From the NCBI GenBank assembly GCA_002633005.1, contig NMRA01000509.1, positions 221,303 to 285,302 on the forward strand: a stretch of 64,000 nt of DNA, in the 5' to 3' direction. The notes under the pieces were generated by a model, which was given only the letters and a program-made list of their open reading frames with translations, had not been told where the DNA came from and ran no database searches. This DNA comes from Phoronis australis. Lineage: Eukaryota; Animalia; Phoronida. Below, in pieces: positions 35,262 through 50,119 of this stretch (positions within the stretch are counted from its first letter, which is position 1; every line of letters starts with the position of its first letter). The position numbers and the translations under genes were made by a program.

Positions 35262-38200
35262 TAGTCCAGTCATTCTAGGGCTCCAGAGGGCCCAACCTAG
35301 AAAAATTGTAACACAAGGTTTTTTGCTTAAATGGCATCCTCAAACATCCGTTGGTGCCAGAAGAAAGTCTACCGAAATCGGAGTGGCGGAAGTTTGTTTT
35401 TCAGGATGGCGGAAAACATGGCCGCATAAACCGGTGTTTATTGCTTTCTGGCATGTTACTCATATGTAACATCTGGAAATAAAACAATAAAGTTTGTAAT
35501 TGATTTTATACTGTTCGTAACAGGCATACCAATCAAAAGATGCCAATTTTCCATAAAAGAAAACCAATATGGCCAACACAATGGCGGCCGAAACCGCAAT
35601 TTGGTAAATGTTGTAAGATTTCTTTTTATATTTTGCCCTGAAAATGGCTAAATTTTTATTCTTTTGTAAGTTAGACAATTGAAAATATCTGAACCTTACA
35701 ATTGGTCACTGGTTGGAGAGAAAAAAATCAAGATGCCTGACAAAAAGGCCGCCAAAATGGCCGCCAATTTAAAAACCCCAATATATAGCATTTACGTTCT
35801 GCAAACTTTGTTTATAACCTGATAGGCAATTACACAAAAACATTTTACAATCTACAGTCAGGGTTAATGAGTTGATTGTTTCTATAATTTGTTTTTCAGA
35901 TTTAGATACTAAATGTGGAATTTTAATCCCATTTCTGATTACATAACATAAAATTTGTTGTGTTTTTCAGAAAAGGCTTTAGTTAAATTTTCATAATAAA
36001 TTTCACACACTCAATTATTTTTCTGTAAAACATATTCATTTGAGGTACCAAAAACAACATTTCTTAGAAAAATATGAAATTCTGGTGGAGTTATTGGCTT
36101 ATTAATTACACAAACCCAGAATAAAATTGGACAGGAAGTGGCTTTTTTCACTGCTATTGGAGATATTATTAGATGTTCCCAAACAATGATTTCCTTTGCT
36201 GCTGGCATGTGTTGAGAATTTGGCTGTTGATTTCATCTGAATTTGATGAAAAGCAAATAAAATTGTGTAACAAAAAGTTAATAATTAAATTTTAATATTT
36301 AGTACTCACAATTTGTTTAATATACATGCTTTTCGTGAACATAGGTAACTGATTTTAGAGGAAATTAGTGCCAGCAAACAAAATGACAGTGATCTGCAGT
36401 CACTTGTTCTTAGCCAGGCTTGGCAGATTTCATACTGAGATGAGCTTTCTGGGATGTATTGGATATGTAATGTCAGGCACAGGGCTTCAAGAAGTTCTTG
36501 AGACGATGCATGCATCAAACAGTGTGATCCTTATGTCCCACTTCCAAATATTGACAGTTCAAGTAATGTCAATCCAGAACAAATGAAGAAAGAGGTTCTG
36601 GTTCTTCAGAAATCTCAGAAGTCCCGACTATCACCAATGCTGAACACACAGATTCCGTGCTAAGAGGGGGAGCAATCCAATGCTTGTACACCGATGTTGG
36701 CTCATTAGAATATGGAGACAGATTCTTCAGACAACCCGACTGATCACATAACTACAGTAGATGTATACGCTTGGGTATGCAATGCACAGCCAGTGTCCTC
36801 CGATTCTGAACCTTGAATTACAGTGGAATACCCTCACGAGAATTCACTTTTGGCTTCCGACCTACTGCCACTGGTATAGTCAAACACAATTGAATCAGAG
36901 TATAGGTCTTCAGAATTCGCAATGACAGTGACAGAAGAATCAATGGCCAATGCTATACTTGGTGATGATTTAAGAGTTGATCTGAAGCTGTATGATGACC
37001 TTATTGCTGGCAAGACGTCTGTGTACGGCGATGTATGCTCGTCAGAGTGTCTTGTAGGTATCCATCAAAATCGAAGCACATAAATTAGACTTGTCCTTGC
37101 AAAGTCGAATCATTTGTCTTTGGCTACAGTATATGAAGATGATTGACACCCTTCGACTTTTTTAAAAGCATAAATAACGTCAGATTGGGAGCTTCACCTA
37201 AAAGCAGTTTCTGAAATGCTGCCTTACTTTGCTCCTGCTGGTCACAACTCTTATGCAAAATCTGCACACATATACCTGCAGCAGACGCAGCAACTCGAAG
37301 ACACCCGTCCAGATGTCATAAGACAAAGTGACAGATTTTGGGCAGGGTTGTCATATGATCTTGTAATTCAACAAACGAACATGAAAAGCGTTAAAGTACC
37401 AGGAGCTTTAAGTAGAGGTTGCGAAATGGGAGATAACGCAGAGTGCATTTTGGCTGATTTCCTTGCCGGCATCCTCAAGTATAAATGGTGCCATGCAGAC
37501 TGTGACAAACTTGAGATGTGAAACATCTCAGCAACATAAAGTATGAACCCATGCAAGACAGTCGCGTAACGACAAAGACTTCAGCAACCTTGTTGAATTC
37601 CTCCACAACAGAAACCCAATTTAAAGAGAAACTTTACAGTACATCGTCACTGGTGTGACTACAGGCACGCGCGTCAATGCCAAAAATGGCAGAGAAGTAG
37701 GAATGACGATTCGCTTGTCTATGGAGGGGTCAAGTGGAAAGGACTTCACATTCAGAAAGAAAGACAAGGCTGCGGCAATTACAAGTCAATCATTTCATGT
37801 TGCTAAGAGTAATTTTACACAAGTGAATTCACGACTGCTATTTCAGCGAATCCTGACAGCTGCAAAAGACAACAGTGAAAGTACATGAAGCCTTTTGAAG
37901 TGTGAAGTGTGAACTGTGTGTTGGTTCCCCTACTCTTTTTGATACATCTGGTCTTCCCAAAGTCTCTAATAAATCAGTAATTGCTGATGCAAACTGGTCC
38001 AGCTGGGGACTACCTGAGGATTTCAGTTTCCAGAAAACACGGTGATGCATGTAATCGACGACGGTTCTCTCCTTCATCGTATTCCATGGCCTAGAGGTGC
38101 AACGTTTCAGTCGCTTGGCAGAGCTTATGTGGATTACATCAGCAAGTGCACCCAGCCTACTGTTGTTTTTGATGGTTACTGAGATGAACCATCAACTGAA

Positions 38201-41200
38201 GATGTTCCCCATGTTCGAAGACTGGGTGGGGTAGCTGGAACTGATGTTCACTGCAATGGTGACATGGTGATCAAGCCAATGTTAGAAAATTTGTTGGCAA
38301 CTAGCAAAAACAAACAATCATTCATTCACTTCTTGTCAAGTTTGATAGGAAATGCTGGTTGCACAATGGTACAAGCTCAAGGTGACGCAGATGTTTTAAT
38401 TGTAATAAGTAGAAACAACAGTAGAGAGCGCAGCACAAGGTCCAATTACCCTCATTGCAGACGATTTTTGTTGTTTTTTGTGTTACCATGCCACTTCACA
38501 ACAATTTCCAATGTTCATGAAATTTGATAAGAGGCACCAAAGTATGAGGAGAGTCTGGGACATCAAAAAACTACAGTTGTCTCTTGGAGCCGACTTGGGC
38601 AGTTTTGCCATTTGTGCATGCAAAGGCTCCCCATTTAAGAAACTGCATGATCGAGAATTCTGCGAAAACGCTAGAGTATTCACTAGGCCCATGCAGCTGA
38701 AGCAAGACATATTTGAAGCTGGTAAGAGTTGTGCCTATGCTCTATGGCGGTACTGGCTCTGGAAACTTGGATGACTTGCGATGCAGGCGATTTGTAGATG
38801 AGGTGTCAGACTAGCCCCAGTCCAAATACAGTCATTACCACCAACTTTCTTCAGTAGATAAATTCCATTGTGCCGGGACATATTATCAAGACCAAGAGTG
38901 GTCAAGTTTCCTTGGCAGTGGCCTAGACTCGCTGTATTGGGGACAGATGCTGGCAGGTGGAAAATTCATTCCCACGACGACGGACAGTCAGCAGCACCAG
39001 AGAACCTGCTGAAACTAGTAAGATGCTCTTGTATGTCCAAGTGCAGTTCCAAGAGAGGCTCTTGCAAGAGGTTAGGATTGCCGTGCTCGGTTGCATGTGG
39101 AGAATGCCGTGGTTTAAGCTGCAACAACTCATTCTCAGTTGACAGAGATTAGTTGTGTAAATAGTCCAGACGCATTTCCTGAAAAGAGCCCTGTATAAGG
39201 TTCTAGAAGCATTTTTTAGTAAAAGTTGGGAACAAGACTTTTTCACACAATCAAGGTATGGCGAATTCAACTAACCCTGTTCACAAGCCGAATTTTGCAA
39301 TTTTGACCATCTAATTTGCATAAACAAAATGGCGGCCAAATTGTCAAGTTCAGATGTATTTTTGTAATAGAAATCACCATATACCATTTAAAATGGTACA
39401 CTTCTTATAAATACTTCTTGAGCAATACATCACTTATGAATACTAAAAAAATGCAACTCTGAAAACTAATTATGCAAATTAGGTGCCGCTATTACCATAC
39501 AATGTAATTTGCGTCTTAAGTTTGTGTTCCTGCAGGCTAACTTGGAAAAATGAGTTGTTTATACTTATATTTTCAAGGTCAACAAACATGCTACAGACAT
39601 TTTTGGAGCAATTTATTTTATATTTTTTGGGTTATAGATGTATACTTTCAGAATGTGGAAAAAACGTCATTAATCTGCAATTCTCGTCAAGCTTGTGTCA
39701 CTATTTTGATGGAATATAGGAAAAATGTTCACACTATCCCGTTATCTTCCATTCACAAAAAATTAATATAGTTATTGTTATTGAAGACATTAAATTCTCA
39801 GTTGCATGAATTATTTTCAGGCCTGCTGAACACAGTTTTAGCATTCACTTTTTGGTACTTTTTAACATGCCTAAAACCAGGCAAATCAAACTGTTCGCAT
39901 ACAAGGAATGTGCTGCTGGCACGAGCATAATGATATGCAATGTCTGCTGTTGCGTTGTTTCTGGCATCCACACAATACCATCTCCAGGCAGCTGTCTGGA
40001 ATAGAACTCTGTGTCATCAGTATGGGCTGCAAGCATAAGTTTGTGTGTCCCTCCCATATCAGAGGGTGCTGGAAGTTCAGGTATGGAACAATGATCATTT
40101 CGCCATACCTTGACCTGATAGTGCACTCTCATCAGATAGAAACGGCGGGCATTATGGGTGAGGGGGAAGGACTTCTGGGTTCACGGGGTTGAAGAATAGT
40201 AAATGGTGTGATACATCTACAGGTCGTGTTGTATATTCTGCAGACAAATACTTCTGAAGCCATCGTAATTTGCTCAGTGATTTCACCAATGCAGGGGTTC
40301 TTAAGCAATCTATGATGCTCTAGGAACACCTTCCATGATGATTGTTTCATGTGATTGGCAAAGTACGAGTTGGTGCCAAACCCGGTAACGGCATGAAAAG
40401 CAAACAAGGATGTTGCTGAGTCTCTTTGTAGTTTGTTAAAAAGTGCTTCAGTATGTATATATCGTCATTTCTTTGATGTGCCTGACATCATACAGATATG
40501 CTCACTTTGCATTTGTTGGAAGTGCGATACCAGAAGCAATAGAACATCGGGTGTCCCTGGAAATACGACTGACTGTGGACAGCATGCAGTACCAGTCTTG
40601 CATCTGCTTCTTCATGTGTGGATTTCAGAGTCCTCAAATCAGTCATAACCTTAGACGATTTAATTTACTTCCAGCTCATCTTTGAACCCTCCTGCAACCA
40701 TAAACTCTTTATCTTCAGGCGTCTACAAACACAGTTCCTCTGACAAGAAATGTGCTAGGTCTTCTTTATTCTCAGCCAGTGCCCGAAAATTTGACCAGTT
40801 TTGAGGAAGAGGTACACCACGGCCTTCCAAAATCACCTGATTTTCTGTATTCCTTTACTACGCTGTTTTCCTGTTGTGTATTTCATAGTTTCTTGTCTGT
40901 ATCTGTCAAATACAATGTCAATTTTATGATATCGAAATCCTGTGTTTAGTACTGTTTTCATGAATAATCAGCCAGGTTCTCGAAGGTCACATCACCATCA
41001 AGCTTCCCAAGAGCTACCAGCAATACTTCGCCATCAAAAATGAGGCAAGCGGGCGAGCCATGAAGTTGAATTCTTTTAGGACAGTCGATGTGTTAACTAT
41101 TAATACCAAGTGAAGATTTATCTCCAGTGCGCAATGTGCCACTCTTTTCTGTAAGAAAACATGGACGGGAAGAAGCTCGCAAATCAACTGGCTGACCCAC

Positions 41201-44200
41201 CTCATAAGCCGTAGCTAGGCAGCGAAGTATATCTCTCTCTGCCTTAAGAACTATTTTCTTGTCTTTGTCTTTGGATTGTTTCACCACATCATGTATGTTG
41301 GCAAATGTTGGGGCATTAATTTTGCGCATAGGCGCGTGAATTGACATGTCTGAATTATCGCATTGGCTCAGTGATAATCGGTCTCGACCAAATTTTTGTT
41401 TGTGTCCAAGTTCCTTGGCATGTAAAAGTGACTCTTGGATTAGTGCTGTTACTAGGTCTTTTGTTGCAAGGCTTTGTAGCAGCTAAGGCCTTGAGGATGA
41501 GAAGACCTTCAATCCATGGAATGCGTAAAGAAGGGAACTCTCGACAGTTGCCTCGTGGCTTCGTTATGAAACTATGTACTCCCACAGCAGTAAGTTTGTT
41601 CAGCTATATGAGATTTCAGATTAAATGAGAGTGTCCACCTCCATAGAGCTGACGAGGTTTTGGTATTACCGATGATACCATCTCCTTTTTGCCTGCCCCA
41701 TTTACCCACTGGTCAGAATCTACATGACAAAGCATTTGAGGAGATCGCTTGACAACAAAATTTCCTGCTTGAAACTCTGACCAAACAGACTGTGGAAGCT
41801 GATGTATCTCCGCTAAAAAGACCGCACCCCATTCGGGCATAATTTGGTGAGGCAGCACGAGAGTAAATTAATAGAGATGCAGTTCCAAAATACCATCCTG
41901 TTGAGAGCATGTGTACTTTAACAATATTGGAACCATGTACATGTAACTCCACCAGAAGCTGAAATTCACATCATCAGAACTACTGTTGACAAAATGCCCA
42001 GGAGTTTCCTGAACTTATCCTAATTGAGAAATGTTAAAAACTCCGGAATTTTCTGTGGATCATCATCTGCAGACATACTGGTAATACAAGCATGGCAGTC
42101 GCTTCTGCAATAAACGAGAGAAGGCTTGACACATGCAGGAGATGCCACAGAGCTTGCAAAGACAGTTTGTGTGCCCTCATACTGTAGCGTTGCTGTACGA
42201 CTTTCCACTAAGGACCAGTTCCATAGGTTTTGACCAAGTACTTCACTCTCTATACACACCTCAGCTATACCGGAATCACTCATGTGATCTTCTGTGGCCT
42301 CGATGAAGTTCACTGATACATGAAGAACCACTAAAGAAGGTACTGTATTAACATATTTTGGTATTCTGGGACCGACCACGTAAGCTCCATTAATCTGCAG
42401 CAGAGTGCTTGGTCGACTGTGAGGACGGTACGTTCCTGTCCAAAATGGGACGATATGGCCATGCATCTCTTTACAACAGTATTTAAAAGTCATGTTGTTA
42501 TGTTTACAATACTTTTATGTCTTATCTAAATAGTGAGATGTTCGCAAAAAACATTGATAATTATGATTTCTAATTTAATTTTCAGACTTTATAAATGAGC
42601 ATTTGTAACTTAGTGAAGATGAAATAAAAAGCTTCACATGTGTCATAATGATTTTTCTAGACCTTCAAAACATAGGTATAGACACATTAGTTGTCATGTT
42701 TGCCTGCAAATTGATAAAGTTACACCGAAATTTGATTTTTTTGGTAATGGCGGAAGCTAATTAGCATTATTGGGGAATTTAATGACGTTCATTAATATTC
42801 TCTTAAATTTAACTGATCTAAGCACACTTATATTATGTTTTTGAAGCAAAAATTTCCTAATAATTCTTCATATATTGTACTCCTGGTCCTACGAATGTTT
42901 CTTATCTTGTTGGTTTGGCGGCCATTTTGTTTATGCAAATTAGATGGTCAAAAACTCAAAATCCAGCTTGGGAACAGGCATAATCGAAATCAGCATACCA
43001 TAATTATGCTAAAAAGATAGGTTCTCCACTTTTACTAAAAAATGCCTCTAGACTAAAATACTGGTTGTTTGTGTACAGATTTTGATCACAGGCTGAGAAT
43101 GATGCTTCAGACAGACTTGTAACATTACTAAAGAGAAGCCTAGTGGGACCTGTGCAAGCACTTGCATTATAAACTGTTTAACTTTCTAAACATACCTTGC
43201 TAAACCTTTTTCCTGTCTCAACTGCAGCTGTACCCACTAGCATTTACAACTAACTGTAGGTGACAAAGACGGTGTGGATAGTAGATCACTAAATTAATCG
43301 CAGAAAGTTATTTTCGATACAGCACATTTTTTCAGGAGAAGAATGGTCCTTCAATCCAGGCGAACCTGATGTCTTTCACCCAAATAAGTTATTATTTATT
43401 AAACAATCTTGAAAATGGTAGTCGTAGTCATCAGAGCCAGACAAAAATTATTGTAATGGTCGTGCTAACCTAAAAAACTCAGGATATGAAATCTGTGAAG
43501 ATGGCGTGTCTCTGGAATCTGAAGTTCTTACTTGAAGCAACTATTTCATGGCAGTCTTAGAAAATTGTGGAAGTAATCATTAGAGCCAAATGCAATGAGT
43601 CGCAATGGATTAGTCGACCCAGAAAACTTATGATGCAATGTTTGAAGCAAAACGACATACTAATCTGTTCGGGCGAAGTTGTGTGACTCGAAATAGTTTT
43701 GGAGGCCATCTTGGAGAATGGAGGATGGTGTCACCACAGCCATGCAAAACTATTTCCAATGAATTTGTTGACTCACAAAAGATACATAAACCTTTTTGAA
43801 TTTTTACACTATCACATTCCATTCTCGAGTTATAATGGTCATCTGCTAACGAACCTGGCGGCCATTTTGTCAGCCATCTTAGAAATGGTGGAAGTAATCA
43901 TTAGAGCCAAATGCAATTAGTTTCAATGGATCAGTCGACCCAGAAAACCTATGATGCAATGTTTGAAACAAGACGATAAACTAATCTGTTCGTGCAAAGT
44001 AATTGTGCGACTCGAAGTACTTTTGGCGGCCATCTTGGAAATTGGTGGACGGTGTCACCACAACCATGCTAAACTATTTCCAATGGATTTGTTGACCAGT
44101 GAAAAATAGGTAAACCTTTTTGAATTTTTACTCTATCACATACCACTTGCGAGTTTTAATGGTCATCTGCAATGCTGGCGAACATTTTGTCCGCATTTTT

Positions 44201-44332
44201 GAAAAACCAACTTCCACCACTCTGATTCCGGTAGACTTTTGTTCTCACACTAAGCGGTGTGAGAGAACACGATTTATGCAATAAAACCTTCTGTTGCAAT
44301 TTTTCCGGGTCATCCGTAGAATGACTGGACTA
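35262..44332 (+). mobile_element. Academ-type DNA transposon (outer element, decayed transposase-XPG-Cys zinc finger ORF)
   Basis: Perfect 16-bp TIR TAGTCCAGTCATTCTA / TAGAATGACTGGACTA with AAA on both flanks (3-bp TSD). Broken ORF ~36330-39152 with MLPYFAPAGHNSYAKSAHIYLQ, QAQGDADVLIV and C-terminal APENLLKLVRCSC..KCSSKRGSCKRLGLPCSVACGECRGLSCNN. Sub-terminal tandem repeats lie at ~43540-44220. Confidence 0.85.
39199..43055 (-). mobile_element. Second Academ-type transposon nested in the opposite orientation
   Basis: Long imperfect TIRs (TCTAGAAGCATTTTTTAGTAAAAGT... at 39202; ...ACTTTTACTAAAAAATGCCTCTAGACTA ending 43055). Minus-strand ORF remnants: FAFHAVTG..TNSYF...KQSSWKVF (XPG-like), RVHYQVKVW, LEMVLCGCQKQ, FQAGNFVVKRS. 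Confidence 0.8.
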
Positions 44333-47134
44333 AAAGTAAATATGCTGATGACCAAAGTTCAGTCTTTTCTCACTCAGACGATTTCTCTTTTCCTAAAATC
44401 CTTTGCTTTGCGTTTGCATGAGCAACTCTTATAGTGGAGGTGTGCGTTCTATCTCAACATCACGTGACTATTAGGAAAAACGTATACCTCGATGTTGACG
44501 GTCTTTCCTCTTCAGACGTTCACAAACCTTTAAATTTCCAACGCTCTCGTCGTAATTCTTCGGAAATGACTAGTTTATGATGTATGTCTCTGAGTCATCA
44601 TTTTCAACTATTAGCTTATCGTTTGCGCAGTGAAGGTACGAATCCTTACTACATGGACCTCTTCACGTTCAACTGAGAACTTCAGGTCACAAGGTTACAA
44701 GGTACAAAAGGCACTGCAAAACGTTTATCCGGTAGTACGCCTCCGGAGTAGCGGAAGAAACACCAACGTTTACGTGGTTTTGTTGGCGACAATTACTTCT
44801 GTAATGTTTTTTCCATTAAATGCTGCATTGTCCGATTTTTTCTTGTTTAATTGTCCCACTTTCTCAAACTTCATGCTGCCCCCCGCGTGAAAACGTACAA
44901 ACGTCGGCGGTACGTAGGTGTTTCCAGTTTGATGACACTGAACTTGAGTGAAGTTGTGATTAATCTTCCATCTTATTTATTTTTAATCTTGCTGGAACGG
45001 GAGGAAATCAATAAAACTAATAGATTCAACAGCCTTTTTTGCAAAATATAAATAACCGAGGATAGAAAACGGAATAATTCACGCAGCAAACAAAGTAAAA
45101 ACGCACAGGTTTGGGCAACGCTACACCCAAGAAATGATTTCTAAGAGTCAAACTGTGATCAAACTGTTGAGGAGATCGTGTGAACATCAAAACTAATAAA
45201 TCTTTATAATCAAATCAGCGCTGTGTCATAACTTTCTATGGCTAAAACGATCAATTTGAACTGAACTATGTTCGCCACTGTATGACTATTACTTGTCAAT
45301 CAAACGAGGACGTTGCTTGACAACAGGACAAACATATCTGGCAATGGATTACTTAAATGGCTGATTGATGCCAGCAGCGTGAATTTTCAGTGCTGGCTTC
45401 TAAATGACCCAAAGCCATTAAAAAGACATTATCAGTAGTAATGCAATGTACATGTATTTGAGATCAACCCCAAGACGGATTGAAACTATTGACCTCAACG
45501 GTCGTTATCCAACGCTTTTCACGTACAGCTAAATAAAATATAAATCGCGCATTACAGTAACCAAATATTTAACTGGTAAGGTAACCCGTCTAATTTAAGT
45601 TATTTTTTTGACAGATGGAAGTCGACGTCGGAAATCGTCGATTCTTAATAAAATTACAAAAGCTCAACGGATTTTGCCGTTTTATAGCTCTGCTAAAAAA
45701 TATCGTACCCAACAATAATCTAGTTGGCAACTGAGTTACCAGGATGACACGGCTCACGCACTCATGAACACGACCCGTGCTCTGACTCACACGCTCACCA
45801 ATTTATAAGAGTCCCATATGGATATCCGCTCTGTGCTCAGGTCCGTGTCCGTGTACTCAACTTTCAAGTAGCAATTTTTCACATTCGTGCCTTGCGTGTT
45901 TGCTTTTCGGTTTGGGAAGCCGTATTGACGCCATAACATAATGTTGTACAGGTTGGTAGCTCGTATATATCTAGGTACATGTTGACTAGGGGCACCGAGG
46001 TACATGTTGATTAGGGGCCCCGGTTGTGTCATAGTTAAGGCCTAAGGGGCATTTTCCCTTCAAAACTGTGGTTACACCCTTACGACTGGGCATCCTAGAT
46101 CCACCAGCGAGATACTGGTTGGTGCTGGTATCAGGACCATATCACGAGAAAAGAAGGTACCACGTGACTTTCCACGAACTCTACAGTCGCGCTTCTCATC
46201 ACGGATTAATGGATCTAGTTGCAGCATGGACAAGGAAGAGAAGATGGATACGGTGCATGGACAAGGAAGAGAAGATGGAGACGGTGCATGGATCACTTAC
46301 AAATAGACCCTGATTAATGTATTATTGTACACGCATTGCAGACACAAACTGTATCTTTTCATAATTTAATTTCCTCGAAAAATTCCGATCACATAATATT
46401 TTGCAACAATTGGTGGAACAGGGCATCGTGGAAATGTGTTCACGTGTTATTAATAAGTACTAAAAATAGTTAAACAAATAAAGGGCTCAATTATTCTGCA
46501 CTACTGTAGAGAATCATTCGTCAAAGTTGATGTGATTCGTTATCAATTTGAAAAAATTGTCAGATTTCATTTAATTGGCGCCACGTGACTAATATCTCGT
46601 TGTTAAATAGAAGCGATGAATATCCGACCTGTTAAACCTGACAAATTTGCTCATTTTGATTCAGGCTTTGTGCTGTCACCCGCGTCGTTTAAAAACGAAC
46701 GATTCAAAGAGATATGTCACTTACTATGATGCTAACTGTATTTTTATTTAGACTAGTCGTGTTTTTCAACATTGACAATTGTTAATCAAGTATCCTTGAA
46801 GTGGATAAATGTATTGTACAAGTCCGTGATATCTTGAAATTTTCTGGAACATCGGTTATCGTTGAAATCACGCTCTGTAATTTCAAAGGCGTTTCAATTT
46901 CTTCATGTTTTTAAACAGTTCTGGACATTCTACTATGTACCTTTAGTGTCCAAACTTAAAACTTGAATTCATAAGAATATCGATTTTACATTACTGCCTT
47001 ACTGTTGAATATCGTGCTTTCTTCCTGATACGCGCCATTGTTAGAATAAAAGCAATTATTGCGCCGTCAGAGGATCATAGGGAGCTCTTGATCACCTTGG
47101 TGGTACATCGAGAAGAAAGTCTCAACGTGAAATT

Positions 47135-47228
47135 ATGTGGAACTTGTTGAGCAACTACAGGAGTATAAGAGTGGCGATAATTTTACTGGTTTCGATGATT
47201 CTAGCAGTAAAAACATACGGAAACTCAG
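47135..47228 (+). CDS. First coding exon (signal peptide) of a CTLD + LamG-like extracellular/receptor protein
   Basis: MWNLLSNYRSIRVAIILLVSMILAVKTYGNS followed by a consensus CAG|GTAAGT donor, phase 1. Joining to the exon at 55542 is inferred from phase compatibility. Confidence 0.65.
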
Positions 47229-48009
47229 GTAAGTGAAATTAAAGTATGTTACTTAAATGGTTATAAGCCGGCCTTCCGTCACAAAGCTAAATTTTGGTTT
47301 GGAACATGTTCCATTATAGAACTAGTCTTTACTAAAATTAGGCCAAAAACAAAGTTGGTTCTGATCTTTGTTGTTCATTGATGCCGTGGTACGGGAATTC
47401 TTTAGTCGTCCCTTAGAAAACACCTAAGACGAGCCAAATGGTGCTGATTAAATCTTTTATTGTTCTCAACAACAGTGTGAACCAGTGTCGCGGTTGCCTG
47501 CGTTCCAGGCTGGTCATGCCAAGGGGGTTGAAGGAAGGGCGTAGGGTTGGTTTGCGGATTATGGGCTCACATGCGTACCTATACGAGGCAATGGGACATT
47601 GACGGTGAATCGTTATGAGATCTTAGCTCTGATTTACGTGCGTATGAAGGGCTTTGAGAAAAAGTTTGAGAACATGGTTGAAATTGCTGTGGGTTTTTTG
47701 AAGCAGCGAGGCACAGGATTTAAATGAGACGTGGAACAGACCAAAACTAATCACGGTTTTTGCATTTCTTTACCTTGAAAAAATATGGTAATTCATTATT
47801 GCTTTTAAAAGACCAGGTTTAATAAACAAGATTGTCATGGCGGGTCAGTTCATGTACCGACCTTGTTCTCGAGCAGAAACGAACTTTCTGTTCTTCCTAT
47901 ACTCAGAAATAATATGTAACCTGAGTACCAAAAAGTTAGGAACCGTTTTATTTTGATAAATAATTTAACTCAAAAGTTAGTTTCTTTCATGTAAGGCAAG
48001 TAAGGCGAG

Positions 48010-48212
48010 TTTCTCTAGGCTTGGAACAAAAGTTAGAGGTGACTCTAGGCTTTGAACAAATGTTAGAGGTGACTCTAGGCTTGGAACAAATGTTAGAGGT
48101 GACTCTAGGCCTGGAACAAATATTAGAGGTGACTCTAGGCTTGGAACAAATGTTAGAGGTGGCTCTAGGCTTGGAACAAATGTTAGAGGTGACTCTAGGC
48201 TTGGAACAAATG
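48010..48212. repeat. 30-bp minisatellite (GACTCTAGGCTTGGAACAAATGTTAGAGGT)
   Basis: Six to seven tandem copies. Confidence 0.95.
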
Positions 48213-48349
48213 GTTAAAGATGAAATTACTCCAGACAAGGATCATTAAAATACTTGTCACGGCGGGCGACGGAAAGTGATTGACTATGTTTGTCAATGAA
48301 TATTACAATGCAAAGATGTTGCGGTGGAGGGTGTTTTAATTTCAAGTTC

Positions 48350-48505
48350 AGGCGCAGTTTCACGCTATAGGCACAACTTCACATTATAGGTGCAATTTCA
48401 CATTATAGGTACAACTTCACATTATAGGCACATTTTCACATCATATGCACAGCTTCACTTTATAGACAGCTTCCCACTGTAGGCACAGTTTCACATTATA
48501 GACAC
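48350..48505. repeat. ~19-bp degenerate tandem repeat (CACAACTTCACATTATAGG)
   Basis: About eight copies. Confidence 0.8.
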
Positions 48506-48742
48506 ACGGGCGTAAATACGCGAATTACTGTATGACACGTTTTCTAATTCAGCTTACAAATGCTGCTTCGTGAACATTGTCCTGCGGTTGTGAAATGAAC
48601 TAATTTCTTAGTGAACAGTGGATTAAGTAATCCTTGATGTTTTTCTCTTTCTGTTCTTGTCGCTTAAAAGTTGCTGAACCCAAGTTTTGCAAATGATACT
48701 GCTATACATTAAGGGAAATCACCATCTTTGTCCAGGTATCAA

Positions 48743-49185
48743 GTGGCCGGTTGTATGAAACAATCCCAAATACAGACTCAACTAAGGTCCTTAAGTCTTT
48801 TTGCATAATTGTGTCTTTATGGACTCACAGATGCAATATCTTTCTATTATTTCATCTTTATTATGAGCTCTTCTTTGATTTAATGACATTTTCTAATAAT
48901 ATATCTAAAAACTGAGCCCAGAGTTTATTGAAAATAAATAGGGACTCAGTCCTTAAATTGGTTTGGTGCATGAAAAGATCCCTACTTATTTTCGATAATA
49001 TTGATTGTTCAGCGTAGAGTTCACTCTCAATTTGTATCAAAGTCAAAAGTTGACTTAGTAAAGAAACTAAAACAATACAAGAAAGGGCAATCGATGTTTT
49101 CACAAGTCCCAAAATACGCAGTAGATTTAGGGAACTTAGTTGAGTACCTACACTGTATTTGAGACTGTTTCATGCAACCGGGCAC
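48743..49185. mobile_element. MITE (~440 bp, Harbinger-like TIRs), copy 1
   Basis: TIRs GTGGCCGGTTGTATGAAACAATCCCAAATA / TATTTGAGACTGTTTCATGCAACCGGGCAC. Related to 53208-53642 in the opposite orientation. Confidence 0.75.
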
Positions 49186-49737
49186 ATTAATCCCCAAATG
49201 TTGCTCGTCTTTGCTTTCTCTAACAATAATTGCTCTGAGGAGCGACGCTTGGGAAATCAATGAAAATTTAAGGGTAAGGTCTACCGCGTAACCAAGACCG
49301 TCATCACGACCACGACGCCTATTACACCAACGTACAGTAAAAGATAAATAATTAAAAGTCAATAAAAGAGTAGTCATCAATTCTGAACATCTCGAATAAC
49401 TCGAGAACGGCAAGTCGTAGCTGAAAAACACGCCTTCCAGATTACCCTATTTATCCCATACGCATTGAATCAGTCGAGTGCAATACGGCCATGTGATATT
49501 GTTTTCCGTATTCACCTCCCCCACTACTTCAACAGTGCCCTCTGACCATGAAAAGTTCCTAAGGTAAGTCAATGTCGACTCGACGTCGTTAGCCGTTATG
49601 ATCATCAAACTTTGCGAAAATAGTTTAAAGTAATACAATTGCAGCAGTAAAAATAACACTCGATCAACATACAATCAGGTCCTAAACGTACACCTGATAC
49701 AAAACTGTTAATTATATGACACGTCTGTCTCAGTTTT

Positions 49738-50084
49738 CAATTGCTAAATATTATATCGTCTGCAACCCAGGCGTCGATTCCTCGGTAACTACAATATCAA
49801 ATATTAATGTTATTTAACTATTTCATGAAATGTTACAAGTTCAGTGGACAATTACCGTTGGTTTCATCTTTGTCATCCCTTTTCAAGTAATAATAATAAG
49901 ACTTTATTGTGATTTATCAGGTTTCCCCACAACCACATTTCAACAATATATATATATATACACAAATATATATATATACCACTCAAAAGAATAATGTCGG
50001 TGGTATAACCTATATATATATATATATATATATTTGTGTATATATATATTTCTGTATTTGTATATATATATATATATGTATTTG

Positions 50085-50119
<35 letters not shown>

